From a virus (Duplodnaviria > Caudoviricetes): 24,054 nucleotides of DNA. Position 1 is the stretch's first letter. Each line of letters opens with the position of its first letter. The DNA lies in IMG/VR virus record IMGVR_UViG_3300048880_000309, positions 1 to 24,054 of that record. One strand, given 5' to 3'. A program made the translations under genes and the position numbers. Below the pieces are notes generated by a model, which saw only the letters and a list, made by a program, of their open reading frames with translations, searched no databases and was not told the DNA's origin. Below are positions 17,174 to 23,888 of the stretch, one piece after another.

Positions 17174-17667
17174 TGGACTGTAAAATAAAAAAATTAAGAC
17201 CAGATGCTATTATCCCTCAGAAAGCTCACATGCACGATACAGGCTATGACTTGTGGATACTAGGAGTCCACAAGGAATTAGACAGCGGGGTTACTTTATA
17301 TAGCACCGGCCTAGCTATTGATCCTCCGTTGGGATGTTACTTCGAAGTGATCCCTCGTTCCAGTATCTCAAAGACAGGTTACATCCAAGCCAATAGTGTA
17401 GGTGTGATAGACAATGGATACAGGGGAGAATTACTTATTCCACTCTACAAGATAAATCCTGATTTGCCTGACATAGAGTTTCCTAAGAAGATAGCACAAT
17501 TAGTATTGAGAGAGCTTAATACAGTTGAGTTTGTTGAGGTAGACAAGCTTTCAGAAACACCAAGAGGAACTGGATCTTATGGCAGCACAGACAAGAAAGG
17601 CTTTAAGACACAATCAAGAGATTCTTGGAGGCAGCCTCTAAACGTAGATAATTTACCATGGAAGTAG
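17173..17667 (+). CDS. dut: Trimeric dUTPase
   Basis: Motifs I-V present: DTGYDL, PRSS, GVIDNGYRGE, IAQL, RGTGSYGST. ATG 17173 overlaps the upstream TGA. Confidence 0.93.
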   Translation: MDCKIKKLRPDAIIPQKAHMHDTGYDLWILGVHKELDSGVTLYSTGLAIDPPLGCYFEVIPRSSISKTGYIQANSVGVIDNGYRGELLIPLYKINPDLPDIEFPKKIAQLVLRELNTVEFVEVDKLSETPRGTGSYGSTDKKGFKTQSRDSWRQPLNVDNLPWK

Positions 17668-18005
17668 TATATGATCCTCCAAAAGTTTATGACAAAGGTA
17701 CTAAATTAATAAAATTTTATATAAAGCCAGAAGTTCATGCCCGCTTTCTTATATTCCTTAGGTACCATGACTTCTTGGTTCAAACAGTTTTCTTTGAAAC
17801 AATTATAGACCTATGTTTAACAGACGACGAAGAAATGTTTGACCTAATACAAAAAATAAAAGAACGAAGTATTTCACTTAGAAGAAGGAGAATGTCCGAC
17901 ACAGATTTCAAAAGAATGAAAAAAAATATAAAAGATTTCAACTTAACACAAGAAGATTTAGACGACATTTTCTCTCTTATAGAACAAGAGAGGGGAGACA
18001 TGTGA
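17658..18005 (+). CDS. Hypothetical protein
   Basis: 115-aa ORF overlapping both neighbours by a few bases. Confidence 0.7.
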   Translation: MEVVYDPPKVYDKGTKLIKFYIKPEVHARFLIFLRYHDFLVQTVFFETIIDLCLTDDEEMFDLIQKIKERSISLRRRRMSDTDFKRMKKNIKDFNLTQEDLDDIFSLIEQERGDM

Positions 18006-18247
18006 AAGAATGTACAAAACTATGCCTGAAACAATCCCAAAAGTGTAGCAATACTGCCTGTAGGTACTGGATTGACCATAGAGATGAACTTAATTGCGCT
18101 CTTATTAGTATTTTATTGAATGAACAGATGACTCTAAAGCAAATAGGCGAAAGATTAAATATTTCAACAGTCAGAGTGAAGCAAATATTGGACAAAACAC
18201 TAAAAAAAATAAAATTGTCCTCCGAATTTGATGTTTTAGGTAATTAA
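18002..18247 (+). CDS. Stand-alone sigma70 region-4-like HTH protein with Cys-rich N-terminus
   Basis: MTLKQIGERLNISTVRVKQILDKTLKKIK matches the sigma region 4.2 pattern; five Cys in the first 33 aa; GTG start with GGAG RBS. Confidence 0.78.
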   Translation: MKECTKLCLKQSQKCSNTACRYWIDHRDELNCALISILLNEQMTLKQIGERLNISTVRVKQILDKTLKKIKLSSEFDVLGN

Positions 18248-18256
18248 CACTATTTA
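18245..18256 (+). promoter_or_regulatory. TAACACTATTTA motif, copy 1 (candidate phage late promoter)
   Basis: Exact 12-mer repeated at 21375-21386; both copies lie 20-45 nt upstream of a start codon. Confidence 0.5.
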
Positions 18257-18297
18257 ATACAAACGACTATTGCTATATAAAAGGGAGTTATATTATC

Positions 18298-19056
18298 ATG
18301 GCCAAGAAACTTTTAAAAGAAGATACTGTTCGTCGCTTTATGAAGCTGGCTGACATTCAACATTTATCTAATTCGTTCATTACAGAAGCTGAAAATCCTT
18401 TTGGTGAAGAAGAGGATGACGAGGGAGAGCTTGGGGCCGAAGGTGCTGAAGGTCTTGAAGGTGAAGGGCCTGATGAATTAGAGGCTGAAGAGGCTTCTGA
18501 ATTTGCAACAGAAGAGGAGCCCGAGGCAGAAACAGCCGACTCAGTGCCCCTTGAGCAGCTTGAAGGTGCGCTTAAAGCCTTTGCTGCGAAGATCCCACAG
18601 CTTTCTCTTGAAGTTTCGGACGAAGAAGGCTTAGGTGCAGGATTAGAAGGTGAAGATGAGCTTGAGATGGAAGAGCCCGGTGATCTAGAAGATATGGGCG
18701 AAGCAGGTGGCGAAGAGCTAGCTGGAATGGAAGGGGAAGAAGAAGAGGAGGAGCCCTTTCCTCCTGGATTTAGGGGTGGAGGAATGAAATATGAGTCGAA
18801 GATGGCTGGTAGAGTAGCTGATAGAGTTGCTAAGAGATTGATGGAACACAAAAGTAGGCCCAAACAACAGAAACACCTACAACGACGAAGAGTCAAAAAG
18901 AAATTAAACAACGTTGACGTTGATAAGCTGACTGAAAGAGTATTTCGGAGACTTTCCGAGGCCAACAAGCCCAAGAAAAACTTAAACAAAGTTGATGTTG
19001 ATAAATTGACCGACAGAGTCTTCCGAAGGCTCTCCAACGCCAGCAAGAAGAGGTAA
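18298..19056 (+). CDS. Highly acidic low-complexity protein with basic C-terminal repeats; candidate prohead core/scaffold or internal head protein
   Basis: E/D/G-rich centre, GGAG RBS, several (L/I)xE motifs and a C-terminal 26-aa duplication. Function is inferred. Confidence 0.6.
   Translation: MAKKLLKEDTVRRFMKLADIQHLSNSFITEAENPFGEEEDDEGELGAEGAEGLEGEGPDELEAEEASEFATEEEPEAETADSVPLEQLEGALKAFAAKIPQLSLEVSDEEGLGAGLEGEDELEMEEPGDLEDMGEAGGEELAGMEGEEEEEEPFPPGFRGGGMKYESKMAGRVADRVAKRLMEHKSRPKQQKHLQRRRVKKKLNNVDVDKLTERVFRRLSEANKPKKNLNKVDVDKLTDRVFRRLSNASKKR
18895..19050 (+). repeat. Two 78-bp coding tandem repeats (KKxLNxVDVDKLTxRVFRRLSxAxK)
   Basis: Units at 18895-18972 and 18973-19050; many synonymous differences. 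Confidence 0.88.
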
Positions 19057-19069
19057 TCTTGTTTAATAC

Positions 19070-19098
19070 TTTACTTTCCTTTAAAAACCTGCTAACAT
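19070..19098 (+). promoter_or_regulatory. Candidate sigma70-type promoter for clpP-groEL
   Basis: TTTACT (19070-19075), 17-nt spacer ending TGC, TAACAT (19093-19098); overlaps the terminator hairpin. Confidence 0.5.
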
Positions 19099-19120
19099 AT
19101 TTGGCGGGTTTTTGTTTTTT
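19083..19120 (+). terminator. Intrinsic terminator
   Basis: AAAAACCTGCTAA / TTGGCGGGTTTTT stem with loop CATAT, followed by GTTTTTT; lies after the acidic gene. Confidence 0.72.
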
Positions 19121-19137
19121 AACCATAGAGGTATACA

Positions 19138-19800
19138 ATGAAACTTGAAGATGAAGGACAAGAAGTAACTAAAGAAGAGGAAAAGGAAGAATCAAAAGAG
19201 CCAATTAATTTTTTATTAGACACGGGAGAGATACAAGCAGAAGACAAATCAAGAACGCTGGCAATCTACGAAGAAATATCAGAAGAAAGTGCGTCTGGTG
19301 TGGTCAGTTCTTTGATGTATCTCCATGACACAGGAAAAGTTGAAGAGTTAGTCTCCGAAGATTCAGAAGAGACAAAAATTTCCTGGGAACCTATTAAGAT
19401 GGTCGTGTCTTCTGTTGGTGGCTCTGCTCATGAAATGTTTGCGATGTATGACACAATGAGGATGGTCAGGAAAGACTGTGAGATAGAAACCATCGGCCTA
19501 GGCAAAGTCATGAGCGCAGCCATTCTGCTTCTCGCAGCAGGAACAAAAGGTAAAAGAAAGATTGGAATGAATTGTCGTGTCATGCTTCATCCTGTAGCAG
19601 GAGGAGCAATCGGAGACATCGAAGACATTGAAAACGATACAAAAGAAATAAAGACCCAGCAGAAACAGTACGTCAAGTGTCTTGCTAAAGAAACTAACAT
19701 GACAGTAAAAAAAATAAATTCTATTCTCAAGAGAAAGATCAATCACTATTTCAGTGCAGAAGAAGCAGTGAAGTACGGCATTGCAGATGAAATTTTATAG
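19138..19800 (+). CDS. clpP: ClpP-family protease
   Basis: VSSVGGS, GLGKVMSAAILLLAAGTKGKR (nucleophile Ser), VMLHP (His) and YFSAEEAVKYGIADEI. Confidence 0.9.
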   Translation: MKLEDEGQEVTKEEEKEESKEPINFLLDTGEIQAEDKSRTLAIYEEISEESASGVVSSLMYLHDTGKVEELVSEDSEETKISWEPIKMVVSSVGGSAHEMFAMYDTMRMVRKDCEIETIGLGKVMSAAILLLAAGTKGKRKIGMNCRVMLHPVAGGAIGDIEDIENDTKEIKTQQKQYVKCLAKETNMTVKKINSILKRKINHYFSAEEAVKYGIADEIL

Positions 19801-19808
19801 GAGGCCAT

Positions 19809-21377
19809 ATGCCATTCAAATACAAAAAGAAAAAAGAACTTCAAGAAAAAGTCCAATCGGGCTTAAACATTTTAGCTGACTATGTCAGTTCAACTCTCGG
19901 TCCTCGCGGCAGAAATGTCATTCTCCACCCAACAGATAGAAAGCCAATCATAACAAAAGATGGTGTAACTGTAGCAAGGTTTGTAAACTTGGAAGATCCC
20001 TTTGAGAATTTAGGCGCACAAGTCATCAAGCAAGCCTCAGAGAAAACAGCACAAGACGCTGGCGATGGTACAACTACGACTGTAGTATTGGCTCAGGCAA
20101 TATATAACAATGCCCAACGGTTCATTCAAGCCGAAGTTTCCCCAACAGAAATAAAAAAAGGCCTTGACAAAGCCTGTGAAGCAGTGGTAGAAAAGCTCCA
20201 GGACATGTCTGTGTCTGTTTCAAACATGGACGACATCAAAAAGGTCGCAACTATTTCAGCCAACAACGACAAACAGATTGGCGACTTGATTACAGAGGCA
20301 GTCGAACAAGCCGGAAGAGATGGAGCAATAACAATAGAAGAAGGCAACAGCCTAGAAACAACGCTATCCATCATCGAAGGCTTCCAGTTGGACAGTGGCT
20401 ATGTAGCTGGTGCTTTCATTACTGACGAACGACGAGGAGCAGCAAAGCTAGACAATCCCTATGTCTTCGTAACAGACTACAAGCTAGAGAACGTCCAAGA
20501 ACTATTGCCTGTCCTTGAACTTATTGCAAGAGATGGAAAACCCCTTGTCATTGTGGCAGAGTCCGTCGAAGGTCAAGCTCTCGCTGCTCTTATAATGAAC
20601 ACAGTCCGTGGGACAATGAAGATATTGGCTGTTAATCCTCCCAGGTACGGCCAAGAACGAAAAAATATAATGAATGACCTTGCTATTGCAACAGGAGCAA
20701 CCTATATTACAAGACTGTCGGGCATCAAGCCCAGTGAAGTCAAGCTTAAACATCTCGGCAGAGCTAAGTCTGTTGACTGCATTAAAAATGTGACTACCTT
20801 TATGGGTGGCTTCGGTTCTTCGGAAGAGATAGATAAAAAAATAGACTCTCTCACTGAAGAGATTAAACAAACTGACTATATCAATGATTGCCAGAGCATT
20901 CAAGAAAGAATCACAAGACTAGCCTCCGGTGTCTCAATTATTCGTGTCGGTGGAGCCACAGAAATAGAAATGACAGAAAGGAAACATCGCATTGAAGACT
21001 CCCTGGAGGCTGTTAGAAGCGCACAAGCAGAGGGACTTGTACCTGGAGGTGGGATGGCACTGCTTATGGCCTCAAAGGGCCTGCAAATTGACGCCCAAAA
21101 TGAAGAGGAACAGATAGGTTGTAAAATATTATTAGAATCAGTTCAAGCTCCCTTCAAAAAGTTGGCAGAGAACTGTGGCCTATCGCCAGAAGTGTGCCTA
21201 GAAAAGGTCAAAGACCTTGAATCCAACTATGGCCTAAACTTTCTAAGTAACGAAATAGAGAACCTTATAGAACTTGGAGTTGTAGACCCAACAAAGGTTA
21301 CTCGCTGCGCCCTACAGAATGCAATCTCAGTTGCAGGAACATTATTGACAACTAATCATGCCATTATACAAGGGTAA
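19809..21377 (+). CDS. groEL: Chaperonin GroEL (Cpn60)
   Basis: TLGPRGRNV, ITKDGVTVA, AGDGTTT, VATISAN, ERITRLASGV, VGGATE, VPGGG and VVDPTKVTRCALQNA; 522 aa, no GGM tail. Confidence 0.96.
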   Translation: MPFKYKKKKELQEKVQSGLNILADYVSSTLGPRGRNVILHPTDRKPIITKDGVTVARFVNLEDPFENLGAQVIKQASEKTAQDAGDGTTTTVVLAQAIYNNAQRFIQAEVSPTEIKKGLDKACEAVVEKLQDMSVSVSNMDDIKKVATISANNDKQIGDLITEAVEQAGRDGAITIEEGNSLETTLSIIEGFQLDSGYVAGAFITDERRGAAKLDNPYVFVTDYKLENVQELLPVLELIARDGKPLVIVAESVEGQALAALIMNTVRGTMKILAVNPPRYGQERKNIMNDLAIATGATYITRLSGIKPSEVKLKHLGRAKSVDCIKNVTTFMGGFGSSEEIDKKIDSLTEEIKQTDYINDCQSIQERITRLASGVSIIRVGGATEIEMTERKHRIEDSLEAVRSAQAEGLVPGGGMALLMASKGLQIDAQNEEEQIGCKILLESVQAPFKKLAENCGLSPEVCLEKVKDLESNYGLNFLSNEIENLIELGVVDPTKVTRCALQNAISVAGTLLTTNHAIIQG

Positions 21378-21386
21378 CACTATTTA
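21375..21386 (+). promoter_or_regulatory. TAACACTATTTA motif, copy 2 (candidate phage late promoter)
   Basis: Exact repeat of 18245-18256. Confidence 0.5.
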
Positions 21387-21408
21387 GTTCTAAATAAAGG
21401 AACTAAAA

Positions 21409-21792
21409 ATGCCTTACTCCAAATCCAAAGAATCAATCCTCATGGACGCAGTCGCAAGCCCAGGCCCAGAAGCATGGAGCCAATACATAAAAGTACTCCT
21501 ATCTGAAATAAAAGAAATAAATGTAAACGTAAAGAATCTTGAAGAGCGTATCGCAGACCTAAAGAACGATATGATAACTATGTCTGCCCAATACTCCGCC
21601 AAAGACGACAAGGTTCATGAATTAGAAGAATGGAAAAAGAAGATAGACGAAGTAGCAAGCCCCACTCAGCTTGGAGCTTTGTCCAAAGAAGTAGATGAAC
21701 TAAAAACATTCAAGGCCAAAGCCATCACAGTCTTCGCAGTCGTCCAATTCGGTATGGCAGCAGCACTATTCTTAGCAAAGTTCATCAAATGA
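21409..21792 (+). CDS. Coiled-coil protein with C-terminal transmembrane helix (holin/XhlA-like architecture)
   Basis: Heptad-rich body followed by AITVFAVVQFGMAAALFLA; AAGGA RBS. Confidence 0.68.
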   Translation: MPYSKSKESILMDAVASPGPEAWSQYIKVLLSEIKEINVNVKNLEERIADLKNDMITMSAQYSAKDDKVHELEEWKKKIDEVASPTQLGALSKEVDELKTFKAKAITVFAVVQFGMAAALFLAKFIK

Positions 21793-21805
21793 CAAAGGAA
21801 AAGAG

Positions 21806-22102
21806 ATGAAAATAATTAAAAAACAACTCACTAGAATCATAAAAGAAGAACTTTCAAGAATGCTTCGGGAGTCTGATCTCGACCCCATGAAGCCTGAAAA
21901 ACCGAATTGGGATGACAAACAAGAAGTTTTCAGATGGCACATGTGGCATGCGGAAAGCAAAAATCTCCCGATATATGAAAGGTCTCAAAATTTTAGTCAG
22001 GCCAATTCGGTACTCGACGCCCTTCAAAGGGAATTTGAGAGCCTCAAGGAATTTCTGCCTATTGCTGAAGAACGAATAAAAAGCAGTGGTTTGCAAAGTT
22101 AA
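21806..22102 (+). CDS. Small protein with conserved MKIxxKQLxRxIKEE leader, copy A
   Basis: 98 aa with AAGGA RBS; first 23 aa are 19/23 identical to the next gene. Confidence 0.8.
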   Translation: MKIIKKQLTRIIKEELSRMLRESDLDPMKPEKPNWDDKQEVFRWHMWHAESKNLPIYERSQNFSQANSVLDALQREFESLKEFLPIAEERIKSSGLQS

Positions 22103-22134
22103 ACAAATTTCATTAAACAACAAAGGAGAAAAAA

Positions 22135-22410
22135 ATGAAAATCACTAGAAAACAACTCAAAAGAGTCATCAAAGAAGAATTATCGAGAATGCTTCGGGAA
22201 TCAGTTAGGATTGACCCTAATATATTTGCTAAATATGGTGATCTTAGAGGGGAAGAAGAAAAAGCAGAGTTTGAGCAAGCTATATTGAAACTCCACGGTG
22301 AAGAATATCTTGAGGCACTAAGACAGGAGCTAAGAGAATATGAGGGTCATGACGCTTTAGTGGGTATAGATGCACAATATCAAGGCACAGACGCAGACCC
22401 AAAATGGTAA
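22135..22410 (+). CDS. Small protein with conserved MKIxxKQLxRxIKEE leader, copy B
   Basis: 91 aa with AAGGAG RBS; shared leader, unrelated acidic remainder. Confidence 0.8.
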   Translation: MKITRKQLKRVIKEELSRMLRESVRIDPNIFAKYGDLRGEEEKAEFEQAILKLHGEEYLEALRQELREYEGHDALVGIDAQYQGTDADPKW

Positions 22411-22414
22411 CAGA

Positions 22415-22699
22415 GTGACTAGATTAACTGAAATATATCCACTCAACCACCAGTCTGGACAGCAATTTGGACTAAGAGAAGTCTTTATTAATCCTACTTC
22501 TGTTTGTATGATTATGTCTGATTCTAGTTTGAAGACGAAACTCACTGAGGGAACACTGCCCGATGGCTTAGACCCAAGAGTGGAATTTAGTAAAGTATCA
22601 ATCAATGATGGTTCTCATGGACGGAGCCTAATTGTCATAGGTACTCCAGACATGATTGAATCAAAGATGAAAAACACAAGACAACTCCTAAAAGGATAA
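22415..22699 (+). CDS. Hypothetical protein (LREVFINP motif; weak FlbD-like pattern)
   Basis: ORF fills the gap; start uncertain (GTG 22415 avoids overlap, ATG 22370 is the alternative). Confidence 0.65.
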   Translation: MTRLTEIYPLNHQSGQQFGLREVFINPTSVCMIMSDSSLKTKLTEGTLPDGLDPRVEFSKVSINDGSHGRSLIVIGTPDMIESKMKNTRQLLKG

Positions 22700-22738
22700 G
22701 CAGGAATAAAAAAATATATTTCTCTTGCAGACAGACTA

Positions 22739-23029
22739 ATGAAAAGGCCAAACGCCTTTGAGGTGGGTGATCTAGTTCAATACACACACCCAACAGTCCC
22801 AAAGGTCATATTCAAAGATGGGACTCTATTCGATCCCTACAAAAGCACCAAGAACCAACGAGGAAAAGGCGTTGGCATAGTCTTGAATACTTGTCCTCCC
22901 ACCACTGATCTCTATTCACATTATCTTTATCGAGTCTTCTATCACAATAGCTGCTATTTGTGGGAAGCTGAAGATAACTTGACAATATTAAGTAGATATT
23001 CCGATGTAGTAGGCAAAGAAAGCTCTTGA
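22739..23029 (+). CDS. VGDL-motif small beta-barrel (SH3/KOW-like) protein 1
   Basis: FEVGDLVQY...GVGIVL...YRVFY...WEAEDNLTIL. Confidence 0.72.
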   Translation: MKRPNAFEVGDLVQYTHPTVPKVIFKDGTLFDPYKSTKNQRGKGVGIVLNTCPPTTDLYSHYLYRVFYHNSCYLWEAEDNLTILSRYSDVVGKESS

Positions 23030-23054
23030 CAAACAACCCCCTGTTTGCTATATT
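23026..23054 (+). promoter_or_regulatory. Sigma70-type promoter with extended -10
   Basis: TTGACA (23026-23031), 17-nt spacer ending TGC, TATATT (23049-23054). Confidence 0.8.
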
Positions 23055-23083
23055 GCCTGTGACACTACAGCCCCGGAGATTTT

Positions 23084-23317
23084 ATGAATAAATTTAAAGT
23101 AGGCGACCTAGTTGAATCTGTTCATCGCCCCCCTGACAGCAAAGTAACCTTTGGTATTGTAGTGGGAGTAAAGAACCAAAATGGTGGTCTTGCGTGGGAC
23201 CGCTATCCCGATGGGACTCCATGGCTCAGGCGAGTGCCTCCAATTCTTGAGATACATTTTCAAAAAGGTAGTCTTTGTCACAAGTCTTTAGCTAAGTATT
23301 GGAGGCTGGTTGAATGA
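23084..23317 (+). CDS. VGDL-motif SH3/KOW-like protein 2
   Basis: MNKFKVGDLVE...FGIVV...LEIHFQK...YWRLV; GGAG RBS. Confidence 0.75.
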   Translation: MNKFKVGDLVESVHRPPDSKVTFGIVVGVKNQNGGLAWDRYPDGTPWLRRVPPILEIHFQKGSLCHKSLAKYWRLVE

Positions 23318-23649
23318 AAATTGCAGACCTAGTTCGTATGTGGCCTAAGCCCGAACATAGTGGGATGACAATGTCTGAAGAAGGTGTTATCATTGGCCTC
23401 GTTTCTGGAGTGCGGTTCAAAGAGCATACTCCAGAGGGCTGGATCTCAAGAGCAACTACCCCTCCAGGATCAGAATTATATTCTGTTGATGTCTTGTCTA
23501 ATTCAATACTCTTTCAAGCTGTTGTCGCTGGACATATTTACCCTCCTGACCTAGGCGTGGAAAGTTGCAATTTCTGGAGCGTCTATGAAGTAAAGGACAA
23601 AGAAGCACTATTCTATAAGGGCATCTATGAAATAGAGGTATGGAAATGA
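23314..23649 (+). CDS. VGDL-like SH3/KOW-like protein 3
   Basis: MKIADLVR...IGLVSGV...YSVDVL; GGAGG RBS, ATGA overlap. Confidence 0.7.
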   Translation: MKIADLVRMWPKPEHSGMTMSEEGVIIGLVSGVRFKEHTPEGWISRATTPPGSELYSVDVLSNSILFQAVVAGHIYPPDLGVESCNFWSVYEVKDKEALFYKGIYEIEVWK

Positions 23650-23888
23650 AACAGAGACAAAAAAATAAATTTAAAGTAGGTGACTTAATTGAAGCTGTAA
23701 TCGGCACTTGTCAAGCAGGACAAGAACTAACAGAGAGTGGAAAGTTCTCTCCCTATATTGAGTCTGGTGATTTTGCCATAGTAGTAGAAGAACACGGCAG
23801 TACAGTAGGCTCATGGGGAGTAGTGCATCACCAAAAGAGTAGCAAGTGTGCAATTACTAATTTAGGCTTTTGGAAATTGGTAGCATGA
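23646..23888 (+). CDS. VGDL-motif SH3/KOW-like protein 4
   Basis: NKFKVGDLIE...GDFAIVV...VHHQK...FWKLV; ATG 23646 overlaps the upstream TGA. Confidence 0.75.
   Translation: MKQRQKNKFKVGDLIEAVIGTCQAGQELTESGKFSPYIESGDFAIVVEEHGSTVGSWGVVHHQKSSKCAITNLGFWKLVA

Noticed and set aside
18357-19046. 229-aa Ser-rich minus-strand ORF
   Set aside because: Antisense shadow of the Glu-rich gene (GAA/GAG runs read as Ser in reverse); TTG start and no independent support.
2065-23853. Remaining minus-strand and nested alternative-frame ORFs in the track
   Set aside because: All lie within well-supported + strand genes and show no recognisable motifs.
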